Positions 1-11,049 of a stretch of DNA of 64,000 nucleotides are shown here, piece after piece. How positions within the stretch are numbered: the first letter of the stretch is position 1; each line of letters opens with the position of its first letter. A program made the translations under genes and the position numbers. The notes below the pieces were generated by a model, which was not told the DNA's origin, searched no databases, and was given only the letters and a program-made list of their open reading frames with translations. This DNA comes from Octopus bimaculoides (taxonomy: Eukaryota): assembly GCF_001194135.2 (NCBI RefSeq), contig NC_069004.1:8564811-8628810 (forward strand), given 5' to 3'.

Positions 1-314
1 ATATGCTATTGGATTAACCAACAAATTATGTTAGCAAGATGGGGACAACTAAAACACTTTCGATCCAAGGTTTGCTCAGTCAGGGTTAATTTGCAATCAG
101 ACAACATAAAAAAAAAAGATGAAAGAAAACGTAAAAAGGAAACATATTCATTTTTAAAATCTCAGATCATTAGCTCTGTCTTAAATTTGCTTTTATTGTG
201 TGTCACAGATGTGAAGAGATATTGGGTTGAAAATAGAGTCTCCATTTTTTTCTGTACCTAAAAATATATAATAACAAGGTGTTTACAGCTGTCTCTTACA
301 TATATTGTTGACGT

Positions 315-505
315 GTGGAGGCGCAATGGCCCAGTGGTTAGGGCAGCAGACTCGCTGTCATAGGATCATGGTTTCGATTCCCAGACCTTGCGTTGTGAGT
401 GTTTATTGAGCAAAAAACCTAAAGCTCCACGAGGCTCCGGCAGGGGATGGTGGTGAACCCTGCTGTACTCTTTCACCACAACTTTCTCTCACTCTTACTT
501 CCTGG
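315..505 (+). mobile_element. tRNA-derived SINE (family A), 3'-truncated
   Basis: A-box-like TGGCCCAGTGG and B-box-like GGTTTCGATTCCC head; body near-identical to copies at 14799-15130 and 63511-63903. Confidence 0.85.
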
Positions 506-781
506 TGTTGGGCTTCTTCCGGCTTCTATTTTACCAAGCCTTTTGATTAACCTGGGCCTATAGTAGAAGACACACGCTTAACATACTGCACAGTGGGACT
601 GAACCCAAAATCATATGGTTTGAAAGTGAACTTCTTCACTACACAACCAAAGCTGCATCTTAACCTATGCAATTATAGATTGTATAAGTTTCCAGAAGAG
701 AATCTGCCTGTCCATCTAAATAGTGCATCATATAATTTTGCTTTCTTTTTAACATGTTTATTTTCTGATGTCTTGTTGCAG

Positions 782-942
782 TGTGCCTTTGCGTATGCCT
801 TCCTGAAGCTGGTGAATTACTCTTTCTTCTTTTGGTTACCCCTCTACCTCGACCGCAACTTCCACTGGTCGGAGGATATGTCAGACAAAATATCCATCTG
901 GTATGACGTTGGTGGCATTTTTGGTAAGTTACTAGATTTTGA

Positions 943-1029
<87 letters not shown>

Positions 1030-1354
1030 AGATAGATAGATACAAGAATAAGGGCAGGGAATCGTCAATTAGTAATAGAATTAATAATTAACAATTTTGC
1101 CAAGTAGTTCAGTATGAAAAAACCTTTATCGGTAAAACCATTTATCATCATAAATATACAGGGATTAACATTGAGTTGCTTCTCCAACATACTGAAAATT
1201 TTCAGTATGTTGGAGAAGCAACTCAATGCTAATCCCTGTATAGATAGATAGATAGATAGTTAGATAGATAGATATACATATAAAGCCTTGAGAGATGATT
1301 TGTAAGCCAAACTAAAAGGAAAGAAGCTTGTTGTGTGTGTATGTGCATGTGTTT

Positions 1355-1388
<34 letters not shown>

Positions 1389-3703
1389 GTGCCATCAAGG
1401 GAAACAGACCTTAAATGTGTGTGTGTTTGTATGTGTCAGATCATAAAAAAACATCACCGTCACATCATACAAGCAGTGATGTCATTTGTTTTTCAATCTT
1501 CCTTGACAAGACAAGCATCTCTGACTTTTGAAACCTGACTCAACACATTTCATTTGACCTTTGTAAGCATGGGAAGTAGACCAGAAAAAAACATTCTTCA
1601 CAGAATATTTTTTTCCAGTGCTCTTCCAATTCTCTTGGCCCAAAATTGTAAACCAGGAATTTGTTTATCATATCGACCCTAGTGTTTGACTGGTTCTTTA
1701 TTCTATCAACCCAGGAAGGATGAAAGACAAAGTTGACTTCGGTGGGATTTGAACTCAGAATATAAAGATCCAGAACAAATACAACAAATTATGTTTTTTA
1801 CATGTTTCATTTCTTTTATTATTGTTTTGTTCTATCTCTTTCAGGTGGAACTGTTGCAGGATATATATCTGTGAGTGTCACTACTGTTGTTGTTGTTTGG
1901 TCTCAGGTCATCTCTGATTAAATAAACCTTGATTTAAAGCATTCCAGCCATGACCATCCCTGTAAAGATCTAGTTTGTCCAATACTATATTAAACCAGTG
2001 TAACTTCTCTTTTTCTCAAGACAATATGAGGGTGTATTTTGAGGGATATTTGACTGCTACTTCTAGTAAATCAAGCAGCCATGTAGAGCAATATTTCTCA
2101 ACCATTTTTTTTTTACTTATGGATCCCTTTTTTACTCTTTTATTTGTTTCAGTCATTTGACTGTGGCCATGCTGGAGCACCACCTTTAGTCGAGCAAATC
2201 GACCCCAGGACTTATTCTTTCTAAGCCTAGTACTTATTCTATCGGTCTCTATTGCCGAACCGCTAAGTTACGGGGACGTAAACACACCAGCATCGGTTGT
2301 CAAGCGATGGTGGGGGGACAAACACACAAACACATACACATACATATATACGACGTGCTTCTTTCAGTTTCCGTCTACCAAATCCACTCACAAGACTTTG
2401 GTCGGCCCGAGGCTATAGTAGAAGACACTTGCCCAAGGTGCCACGCAGTGGGACTGGACCCGGAACCATGTGGTTGGTCAGCAAGCTACTTACCACACAG
2501 CCACTCCTACGCCTATTTTTTTAATTTCTATTTTTTTTTATCATCCATCTATCTTTCTTTTAATTGTAAACTTTTGTTATTCATCTATTTATTTTTGTTT
2601 TTGTATTTTCCTAATGTTTAGGATCGTATTGGGAAACGAGGTATTGTAGTTGTACCAATGTTGATTTTCGCTATACCATCTCTTGTTCTCTATTCCTGTA
2701 AGTAATTATTTAATTTATTCACTATTCTTTTATTTTTTTTTTTACTTGTTTAGTGGGTTTAGTGGAACAAATTAATCACAGTACTTTTTTTTTTTAAAAT
2801 CTGGTACTTATTTTGTCAGTCTTTCACTGAACTGCTAAGCTTCAGGGCCATACACAAACCAACACTGGTTGTCAAGAGGTGGTGAGGAACAAACACAAAC
2901 TTAGGCGCACACACACACACACACGTACACACACACAAAATGGGTTAACAGACACTTTTACCAAATTCTCTCACACTGGGGCTATAGTAGAAGTCAGTTG
3001 CTCGAAGGTGTTGTGAAGTGGGATGGAACTCTAAAGCATGTGATTGCAAAATAAGGTTCTTAACCCCACGACCATGCCTTATTATATTAATTTTCTTTAT
3101 GGCTTTGCTTTAGGCAGATGGATGGGTCTCATAGCCATTTGGAAGGTCTCCAAGTTTGGTAGAGCAAAAGAAAGCAGAAGCAAGGAGTCTGAAGCAGTGC
3201 AAAGTGGATTTTGCTCAGGACATCTAAGGGCCTGGTTTTAGCATTGAGTGGGGGTGTTATATTAAATATACCTCAAGAACTAATACAGTCCACCTGATTA
3301 GCTTATATACACAGTCATGATGGTGGTGGTGGCGGTGGCGGTGGTGTGTGTGNNNNNNNNNNTGTGTGTGTTGGGCTGATTCGAATATTAGCTGTTACCA
3401 CTAAGATCTGCACCCATCATTGTTTTCACTCTTGCTCATACCCACGTTGAGTATGGAAACCGCAGTGCCTTCCTATTTAAAAGGATTTACTTAAATAATC
3501 ATTGAATACATGTTTCAAAAATGGACTTACTATATGTTTATGTAATAAGTATCCATCATTTCATTGGTAACTGAAATCTAAATAAATGTCCAAAATAAAG
3601 AAGTTCTGGTTAATTGCTTGTCTTAAAACATTTTCATACAATTTTTCACTGAAATTTATACTGCATATATATATGTGTGTGTGTGTGTGTATATATGTAT
3701 ATA

Positions 3704-3766
<63 letters not shown>

Positions 3767-6700
3767 NNNNNNNNNNNNNNNNNNNNNNNNNNNNNNNNNN
3801 NNNNNNNNNNNNNNNNNNNNNNNNNNNNNNNNNNNNNNNNNNNNNNNNNNNNNNNNNNNNNNNNNNNNNNNNNNNNNNNNNNNNNNNNNNNNNNNNNNTT
3901 GCTTGTGAAATTAACGTGCAAGTCGCTGAGCCTTCCACAGACACGTGTACCCGGTTCTTCCTTCCAATTTTTTCAGATTCTAGACGTGAAGACAAAGAAA
4001 ATTATATACTAACCTCGAAAATTGCCAGGATGACACTTACAAGACTCTGTTACTAAACGCTTCATGTGTTCAACCGATAATGTTTACGTGTGTGTGTGTG
4101 TGTGTGTGTGTGTGCACACATGTGTATGCAGCTACATCCCTATCATTCTGCTACAACAAATATTTTAACTGTCATTGCTTGTTTCTACTTTGTTTAGACC
4201 TACCAACCAGTGTCAGTATCACTACGAATGCAATTATCCTGTCGATTTGTGGCATATTTATTGGCGGTGTTGCTAGTTTGATTAGTGCTGCCATCTCTGC
4301 TGATCTAGGTAAGTTAATTAGTCGCTGTTAATTGGCACTAGGGTACTTTTACCTGTCACCATCATCATCATCATCATCATCATCATCATTTAACATCCAC
4401 TCTTTCCTGCCTGCATGAGGCAAGTTTTCTGTGATCAGATGACCCTCCTGTCACCAATCTTTACCTGTTTCTATGTAAGGTAATATTTCTCTATGACCAA
4501 ACATATTTTTATGAAATGGAGATAAATGATGCTGCTTCTATGGCAATGCTTATATACAGCTATAGTTTATACCAGAGTGTATAAGCAAAACATGTTACTA
4601 ATACAATATTTTAATAAAATATTAATGCATTTTCTTCATACATGAAGACCTCCATAGATCAAGGTTTATTTTGTGGAAGACTAGCTGTACCTCTCCTCTC
4701 CATGTCATCGAAGTTGTTCCAGAGAAAGACGAGACAAGGGTCAAAACAGCTTGGCACTGGTGTTGTGACAGGTGTTGCTGTCAGGTCACTAACAATGAGA
4801 ACGTCTGCTGCAAGATATCTTTCATGTTCTACCATCTCCATCTAGCCAATGCCCTGTATTGGTACCTTTACCAATCATCATCAACATCATCATCAGTCAT
4901 CATCACCACCACCTCCACCACTGCTGTCATCACCATTGTCACCACCACCATCATCGTTGTCATTGTCCTCCTCCCCCTTATCATTTTCATGCCTACTTTT
5001 CCATGCTTGCATGGGTCAACGGAGTCTGTTGAAGCAGATTTTCTATGGTTGGATGCTCTTCCTGTCACCAAACCAAACCAAACCTGTTTCTCAGCATTGT
5101 GATTATTTCCCCAGACATATGTTCATGGAGGAGTGGAATCAAAGTACAGCGTTTGTATAGTGACACTTGTTTACAACTACCATGTTGTGTCAAGACAATG
5201 AGACACACACACACACACAACCACCTACATACACATGTACATGCATGCACACATACACACACACAAACATGAAATGAGAGAATGACAGGTGTTCTGGGAT
5301 GTAATTGTTAACACAGCCACCTGATAAGTAATAGAAACGTGGTTCAAATCCTGCCACTAAACATATTGCTTGTAGTTGTGTCTGAATTGACCTTTTTTTT
5401 TTTTATCTCAACAGGACAGCAGAAGACATTGTCAAAAAGCAAGCGGGCTCTCGCAACAGTGACAGGTATCATTGATGGAACAGGTAGTCTTGGTGCAGCT
5501 ATTGGACAGGTGAGTGTTGTTTTATTGTTTTTGTTGGAATTGTTGTAGAACTGTTGTTGTACAAAGTCCCTTCCAATATCCAAGTCTTCATCGCTCTTGG
5601 AGAAACCCTTTCCTGAACTCCTTCCACTACTGTCTGTCTCTGGCCAGTCATGGCCATGTAAGTCCCGAGTAGTTGGTGTGATCATCTCGCCGTATTGTTT
5701 TTGGTCAGCTTCTTGATCTTGTCCATTCCATCTCCCTGACTCTCCATCTGTTGATCTTCAGTCACGTGATGTGGCTAGCCCTTTTGTATTTGTTCCTGAT
5801 GATGTTGACTATCATGTGCTGTTGAATCCAGCAATTGATTTTCTTGTCCCACAATGTGATGCCAAGCTTGATTTGTTCTATTTTACATTCAGCTACAATG
5901 AGGGCATTCATGATGGTAGTGTTGAGAGCCCATGTTTCACTGCCATAAATCATCACTTGCAGGATATACTTCTTAATCCTTTCGTTTCTGTATTTATTTT
6001 GAGATACTCTGTGTTTCTTTCAATTATTTTAAATATAACAAAAGAATTTAGTAAAATAACTTGGTTATCATTCAGCTAGTTTTAAGAACTACACTAACTG
6101 CCATCCTAATTATGAAATGTTAATTTGCCTACAGTGTCCCACCCGCTGTTTCCCTCTCTCTCTCTCTTGTTTTTTCATTCACTCACCTCCCTTATATATC
6201 AACTTGTGTTTATTTCAGGTGACCCTACCTTACATTGAGACCACATACAACTGGGAATGTGTCTTCTATATGTTTGTGATCATGGTAAGTTGCTCTTTGA
6301 CAAGATATACGTCTTCATAGATAAACACCACACAACCAAGACATCACCAGACACTCTCTTCTCCCCGAGGGGTACAAAACTTAAGGTTGCCACTGTCAAT
6401 GCTGGAATAGGGACAGGTATGTGTGGAGAAACTTTAGAGATGCTGCAGCAGACAAGAATAAATGTTTGCTGAGTTACTAGAGGCAAAATGTGGAAGAACC
6501 TTGGTCAAACTCCTCATAAGCAAGAAACAAGGATTTAAATTCTTCTGAATGGACAACCGATATTTTAAGTCTATATATTAGTTGTGACTTGATGACAAAT
6601 ATTAGTTTGGTGGGGACAGTAAGGTGAGAGAGATAAGAATGGCTCAGGGGTGTTAGTTCAGGAAGTAGTGGCTAGAACAATCCTGTGAGAATTTTATTTA

Positions 6701-7072
6701 TTATTTTTGTCAGTCTATGTAAATGTAATCCCCCTAATTTGAAACCAGTTTGATAAGTGCCAATCCATGGAACTTGCAGGTTTTAAGTCATTCTATAATT
6801 TTTGCCAAGTAAATTTTTTTAAAAATTGTCTCATTAAATATGCCCAGTGTTTGGTCCAATTCATTTCATTTTTATTTCGTCGTATTTTGCAGACTGTACT
6901 CACTATCGTTTGCCTAATGCCAATGTTTGTCCGAGATGCAAGAGAAACTTTGCCGTGTTGTAAGCGACGCAATAACCCAGATGCTGAAGTATCCATAGAC
7001 CCTCCAGTTCGTGAGAGTGGAAACACTGCCCCTTACAGTGATCCTCCACCCTCATATGATGAAATTTCATGA
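782..7072 (+). CDS. SLC37A3: Sugar phosphate exchanger 3 (MFS/OPA family), 3' part only; exons 782-923, 1845-1870, 2622-2697, 4198-4308, 5415-5509, 6219-6284, 6893-7072
   Basis: All exons have AG/GT boundaries with consistent phases. The joined peptide CAFAYAFLKLVNYSFFFWLPLYL...WYDVGGIFGGTVAGYISD...LISAAISADLG...ALATVTGIIDGTGSLGAAIGQ matches the SLC37A3 C-terminal half; LKLVNYSFFFWLP is the A3-type motif. Stop TGA at 7070-7072. The 5' exons lie outside the window. Confidence 0.93.
953..1026. repeat. (TA)n microsatellite, one of many (also about 8802-8889 and flanking most N-gaps)
   Basis: Direct reading of the sequence. Confidence 0.95.
1155..1242. repeat. 88-bp loop-less palindrome (43/44 bp), possibly a foldback Tc1/mariner MITE
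   Basis: Arms 1155-1198 and 1199-1242 are reverse complements except at 1229; the ends read TA-TACAGGG...CCCTGTA-TA. Confidence 0.9.
2135..2513 (-). mobile_element. tRNA-derived SINE (family B)
   Basis: Reverse complement of the element at 8006-8352 and 30229-30740 (GGCTGTGTGGTAAG head, GAGTGGATTTGGTAGACGGAAACTGAAAGAAGC, CAGCATGGCCACAGTC tail). Confidence 0.85.
5545..5990 (-). mobile_element. Decayed non-LTR retrotransposon (RTE-like) RT C-terminal fragment
   Basis: Minus-strand translation VMIYGSETWAL...KLGITLWDK...WIQQH...ASHIT, then LARDRQ*WKEF, resembles RTE ORF C-termini; contains in-frame stops. Confidence 0.7.
6365..6520 (+). mobile_element. Decayed LINE AP-endonuclease N-terminal fragment
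   Basis: KLKVATVNAGIGTGMCGETLEMLQQTRINVC*VTRGKMWK resembles the LxxGTxNV...xDICxxQETRW start of RTE endonucleases. Confidence 0.5.
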
Positions 7073-7419
7073 AAAGGAATATCGAAAACAAAAAAAAGAA
7101 AAATATGAAATAAAAAAAAACCACCTGCTCAGAAAAAAAGGCAAAAAGAGAATTGCAAATCCACAACAGGGTGTACATGAAAAATGACTGTATATTTTGA
7201 ATTGCAAAGAAAATTTATGAAGACAAACAACATCTATCACAAAGATAAATAGATTGGGAGAAACACAACGAAATATCAAAATATAAATCATATCTATTGG
7301 GGAAGAGAAAAAAAGAGTAAACATAAATTAACTCAATCCATTGGGAAAACACAAGGTTCTAAATGTCCATCATGCAGGAAAAAAATACATTTTCATTATT
7401 AATATATGCATGTGTGTGT

Positions 7420-7475
<56 letters not shown>

Positions 7476-7729
7476 ATATATTAATGTAATGTATTTGTAC
7501 AAATGTATATATGTAAATAATGTCGGTATATGTACATAAATGTGTTTGTGTGTATATGCATACATACATGCATACATATATANNNNNNNNNNNNNNNNNN
7601 NNNNNNNNNNNNNNNNNNNNNNNNNNNNNNNNNNNNNNNNNNNNNNNNNNNNNNNNNNNNNNNNNNNNNNNNNNNNNNNNNNNNNNNNNNNNNNNNNNNN
7701 NNNNNNNNNNNNNNNNNNNNNNNNNNNNN

Positions 7730-7760
<31 letters not shown>

Positions 7761-8005
7761 AGACGAACAAATACTTTAACACACTTTTAGTGATCACTTA
7801 CAATTGTTTCTGTACCAACTCTGCGTGCAATGCCAGTTTACATAATATTTACAGATTTAGACATTAGATTGGCACTTCATCAGACTTACATCAAAGGTGC
7901 ACTCTTACATTGTGCCATATATATATATATATATATAATTGTATTTATGTGTGTTTATGTATGTGGGTATATTTGTATGTATATATATGTCTGTATATAT
8001 GTGTA

Positions 8006-8352
8006 AGCACAGGCATGGCTGTGTGGTAAGAAGTTTGCTTCCCAACCACATGGTTCCAGGTTCAGTTTCATTGTATGGTACCTTGGGCAAATGTTTTCTA
8101 CTATTGTCCCTGGCTGACAAAAGCCTTGTGAGTGGATTTGGTAGACAGAAACTGAAAGAAACCTACCACATATATGTCTATATCTGTTTGTGTGTGTGTC
8201 TGTGTCTTTTTTTTATGTCCCCCACCACCTGGGTAAAAGAGACTGATAGAATAAGTACTAGGCTTTTAAGTATTCATTCAACTAAAGCCCTTGAAGGTGG
8301 CTTTTACCCCAGTATGGCCACAGTCTAATAACTGAAGCAAGTTAAAGATAAA
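8006..8352 (+). mobile_element. tRNA-derived SINE (family B)
   Basis: Shares head, central (TA/TG)n and tail with many other copies in the window. Confidence 0.8.
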
Positions 8353-8677
8353 TAAGCTTGTAATTCACATAATACTGTTTGTTGTTTCCATCGATAAACT
8401 AATATAAATCCATATTTTTACACACAGACATACAAATATATAGTGTTATGTCAAAAATCATAATTTAGAGATTTGTTAAAATGTTGATTGAAAAATTGAC
8501 AGAAATAGGTCCTGGGTCGATAAGGCCAACTAAAATCCTTAGAGATTGCACCTGAGCATAGTTGCAGTCCAGTGAAAGAAATTAGTAGAAGAATAGATAT
8601 ATAAAACACACATGCTCATGAAATTATGTGTGTGTGTGCATGTGTCCCCACATATAATAATTAGTAATATATATATA

Positions 8678-8798
8678 CAGGATGTCCACAAAGTCTGGGT
8701 ACATGGGGATTAACACATACTTTAAGAAATTATTTCTTATATTTAATTGTTCATGTTATGATTTTATTTACTCCGTGTAGCCAGACTTTGTGGACACC

Positions 8799-8801
<3 letters not shown>
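8678..8801. mobile_element. Tc1/mariner-type MITE, 124 bp
   Basis: TIRs CAGGATGTCCACAAAGTCTGG / CCAGACTTTGTGGACACCCTG flanked by TA; second copy at 25899-26110. Confidence 0.85.
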
Positions 8802-8892
<91 letters not shown>

Positions 8893-9109
8893 CTGCTAAC
8901 AAAGAGGAGAGTAGAGATTTTATACGCATCCTAAATTTCTTTATTTAAAAATTTTCTACAGCATATGCATCTGACCTTCATATGTTTTGACTGCAGCAAC
9001 TGCACATTGCTTTGTATGCAATTATGCATTCTAGTGTGGATAGCTGGCTTCCAAACCAATTTGAGAAATAATACAGTATCTCCCGCTAGGATAACTTATC
9101 CCTTTTATA

Positions 9110-9154
<45 letters not shown>

Positions 9155-10026
9155 AGTTCAAAAAAACAATAACAAAAAAACAACAAAGTGAGGACGTGAT
9201 ATGGATAGTGTTATTGGACGCTCAGAAAAGGATATATATGTGTGTGTGTGTGTATGTGATCATCATTTAACATATGTTTTTAATGCTGATATGGGTTGGA
9301 TAGTTTGACAGGATCTGGCAAGCTGTTGGGCTTTTGTTGAGCTCCAGTATCAGCTTGATATGGTTATTATTTGACTGCGTGCCTTTCCTACCCACCTAAT
9401 GCGAACCACATTTCAGTGCGCATTAGCGGTATCAGCAAGTACTTGCAAGACAACGAAAGAAAGGGAAATGCCCCTTGGCTAAGAGGCAGTGAAGTATTGG
9501 AAAGTGGTGGGGATGTCAGTGATTTTATTCCTGGTTTTATGCATTTATCATACTTTAGTATGATAAAGGAAGAGGCACAGGTGTTTTGCTATGGAGATGT
9601 TATATTATGTAAGGTAGGAATAGCTGGTAAGGATATAGAGATGGTGGAGACGATATATATATGTGTGTGTATATATGTATATGTATGTATGATATATATA
9701 TATGAAAATATATGTATATATGTGTGTAACAATATATGTACAGGTGTCAATCCATTATGGCCATTTCCAATGATTCTTTTAATTGATTAATGAAAACATC
9801 ATATCATTATAAAGAAACGGTTTTCGTTAGATGAATTCATGAACTTCAAAACTAAGGACATTTAAAATGATTTAACATAGTTTAAATCCACAGTGATTCT
9901 GCTACTATTTCAGTTGACATTCGGCCTCTACTTCTGTACCAAGTTTGATATTTACCTAATATTGTGTGTATATATTAGTCCGACCTAACAGGGTGCCTCA
10001 GTTTAAGTACCTAATTCAACTAAGTT

Positions 10027-10062
<36 letters not shown>

Positions 10063-10069
10063 TTGTTTG

Positions 10070-10106
<37 letters not shown>

Positions 10107-10181
10107 TGTGTGTATGTGTATACTATTTTATTTAATCTGAAAAAATCTTCACAATATGTTTCGCTGAGTTTCATGGGACTG

Positions 10182-10232
10182 TTCATCAGACATTTGTGAT
10201 AATACTGAATATTATCGTAACTGTCTGATGAA
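10182..10232. other. Near-perfect 23-bp hairpin (22/23 paired including 2 G:U, 5-nt loop), extendable to about 10165-10248
   Basis: TTCATCAGACATTTGTGATAATA-CTGAA-TATTATCGTAACTGTCTGATGAA. Confidence 0.85.
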
Positions 10233-10702
10233 TAGTCATGTGGAATTCTGAGTAACAGATTGTGAAGGTTTTTTTAGCTTTCATAAAATAGTACATTGCT
10301 CTACTTTTGGTATTCATGTAGTTTCCCCCACCTCCCCTTGTTTTACACCTGTGTGCTTACTAGTGTGTGTGTGTGTGTGCACTTTAATTTATGTTGTTCA
10401 TATTGTATCCTTTTATATCCCTTAACTTAATGGTTCAACAAATAGCGGTTGATAAAATAAGTACTAGATTTGAAATAAACGGGGTCAACATGATTGATAA
10501 AAATTCTTGGAGCCTGTGCTCCCTGTAATACAGTAGACCAGTGCTGTGTATACACACATACACACTCACACACATAAATACACACTCATATACATTCCCT
10601 TATTCATAATAATAAATGATGATGATGATGATGATGACTTTATTTGACACAAGGACAATGTTATGATAATTTCTACTATGATAACAAAACTTTGTACCCA
10701 AT

Positions 10703-10740
<38 letters not shown>

Positions 10741-11049
10741 GGATTTTGTGGTATTTGATAGTGTCTAAACTACTAAGATTAGGATTAAAGTCTGCCAGAT
10801 TAAAAAACAGATATGATCACAGCTAGAATCCTTTCGATTATAGGTCTGTTCGGCTAGAACAAACCTCGGGTCGGACAACAGCAGTAAACGAAAACTACAA
10901 AATGGTTGGCCAAAATGGATTTTTTAACTTATGAGTTTCCTGATTTATATTTTTTACCTCATATGCAGGACATTAATTTTGTTTGGTTTAACCCACTACA
11001 TCACTAAATAGTTGGGAAAACCCTACATTCTGCTAAGTTACAGAGATTT

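Noticed and set aside
315-400. SINE heads (also 28480-28550, 46943-47030, 63830-63903) as tRNA genes
   Set aside because: They have A/B boxes but no cloverleaf, and they continue into multi-copy SINE bodies.
7109-7114. AATAAA as the SLC37A3 poly(A) signal
   Set aside because: Embedded in an A-rich tract where the hexamer is expected by chance, so it cannot be supported without 3'-end data.
7860-7900. CTGATGA on the minus strand as a hammerhead
   Set aside because: No stem II closed by GAAA at a suitable distance.
9371-9790. 139-aa ORF; similarly 24654-24998(-) and 52388-52969(-)
   Set aside because: No recognisable domain; they run through SINE or microsatellite sequence and lack splice-consistent context.
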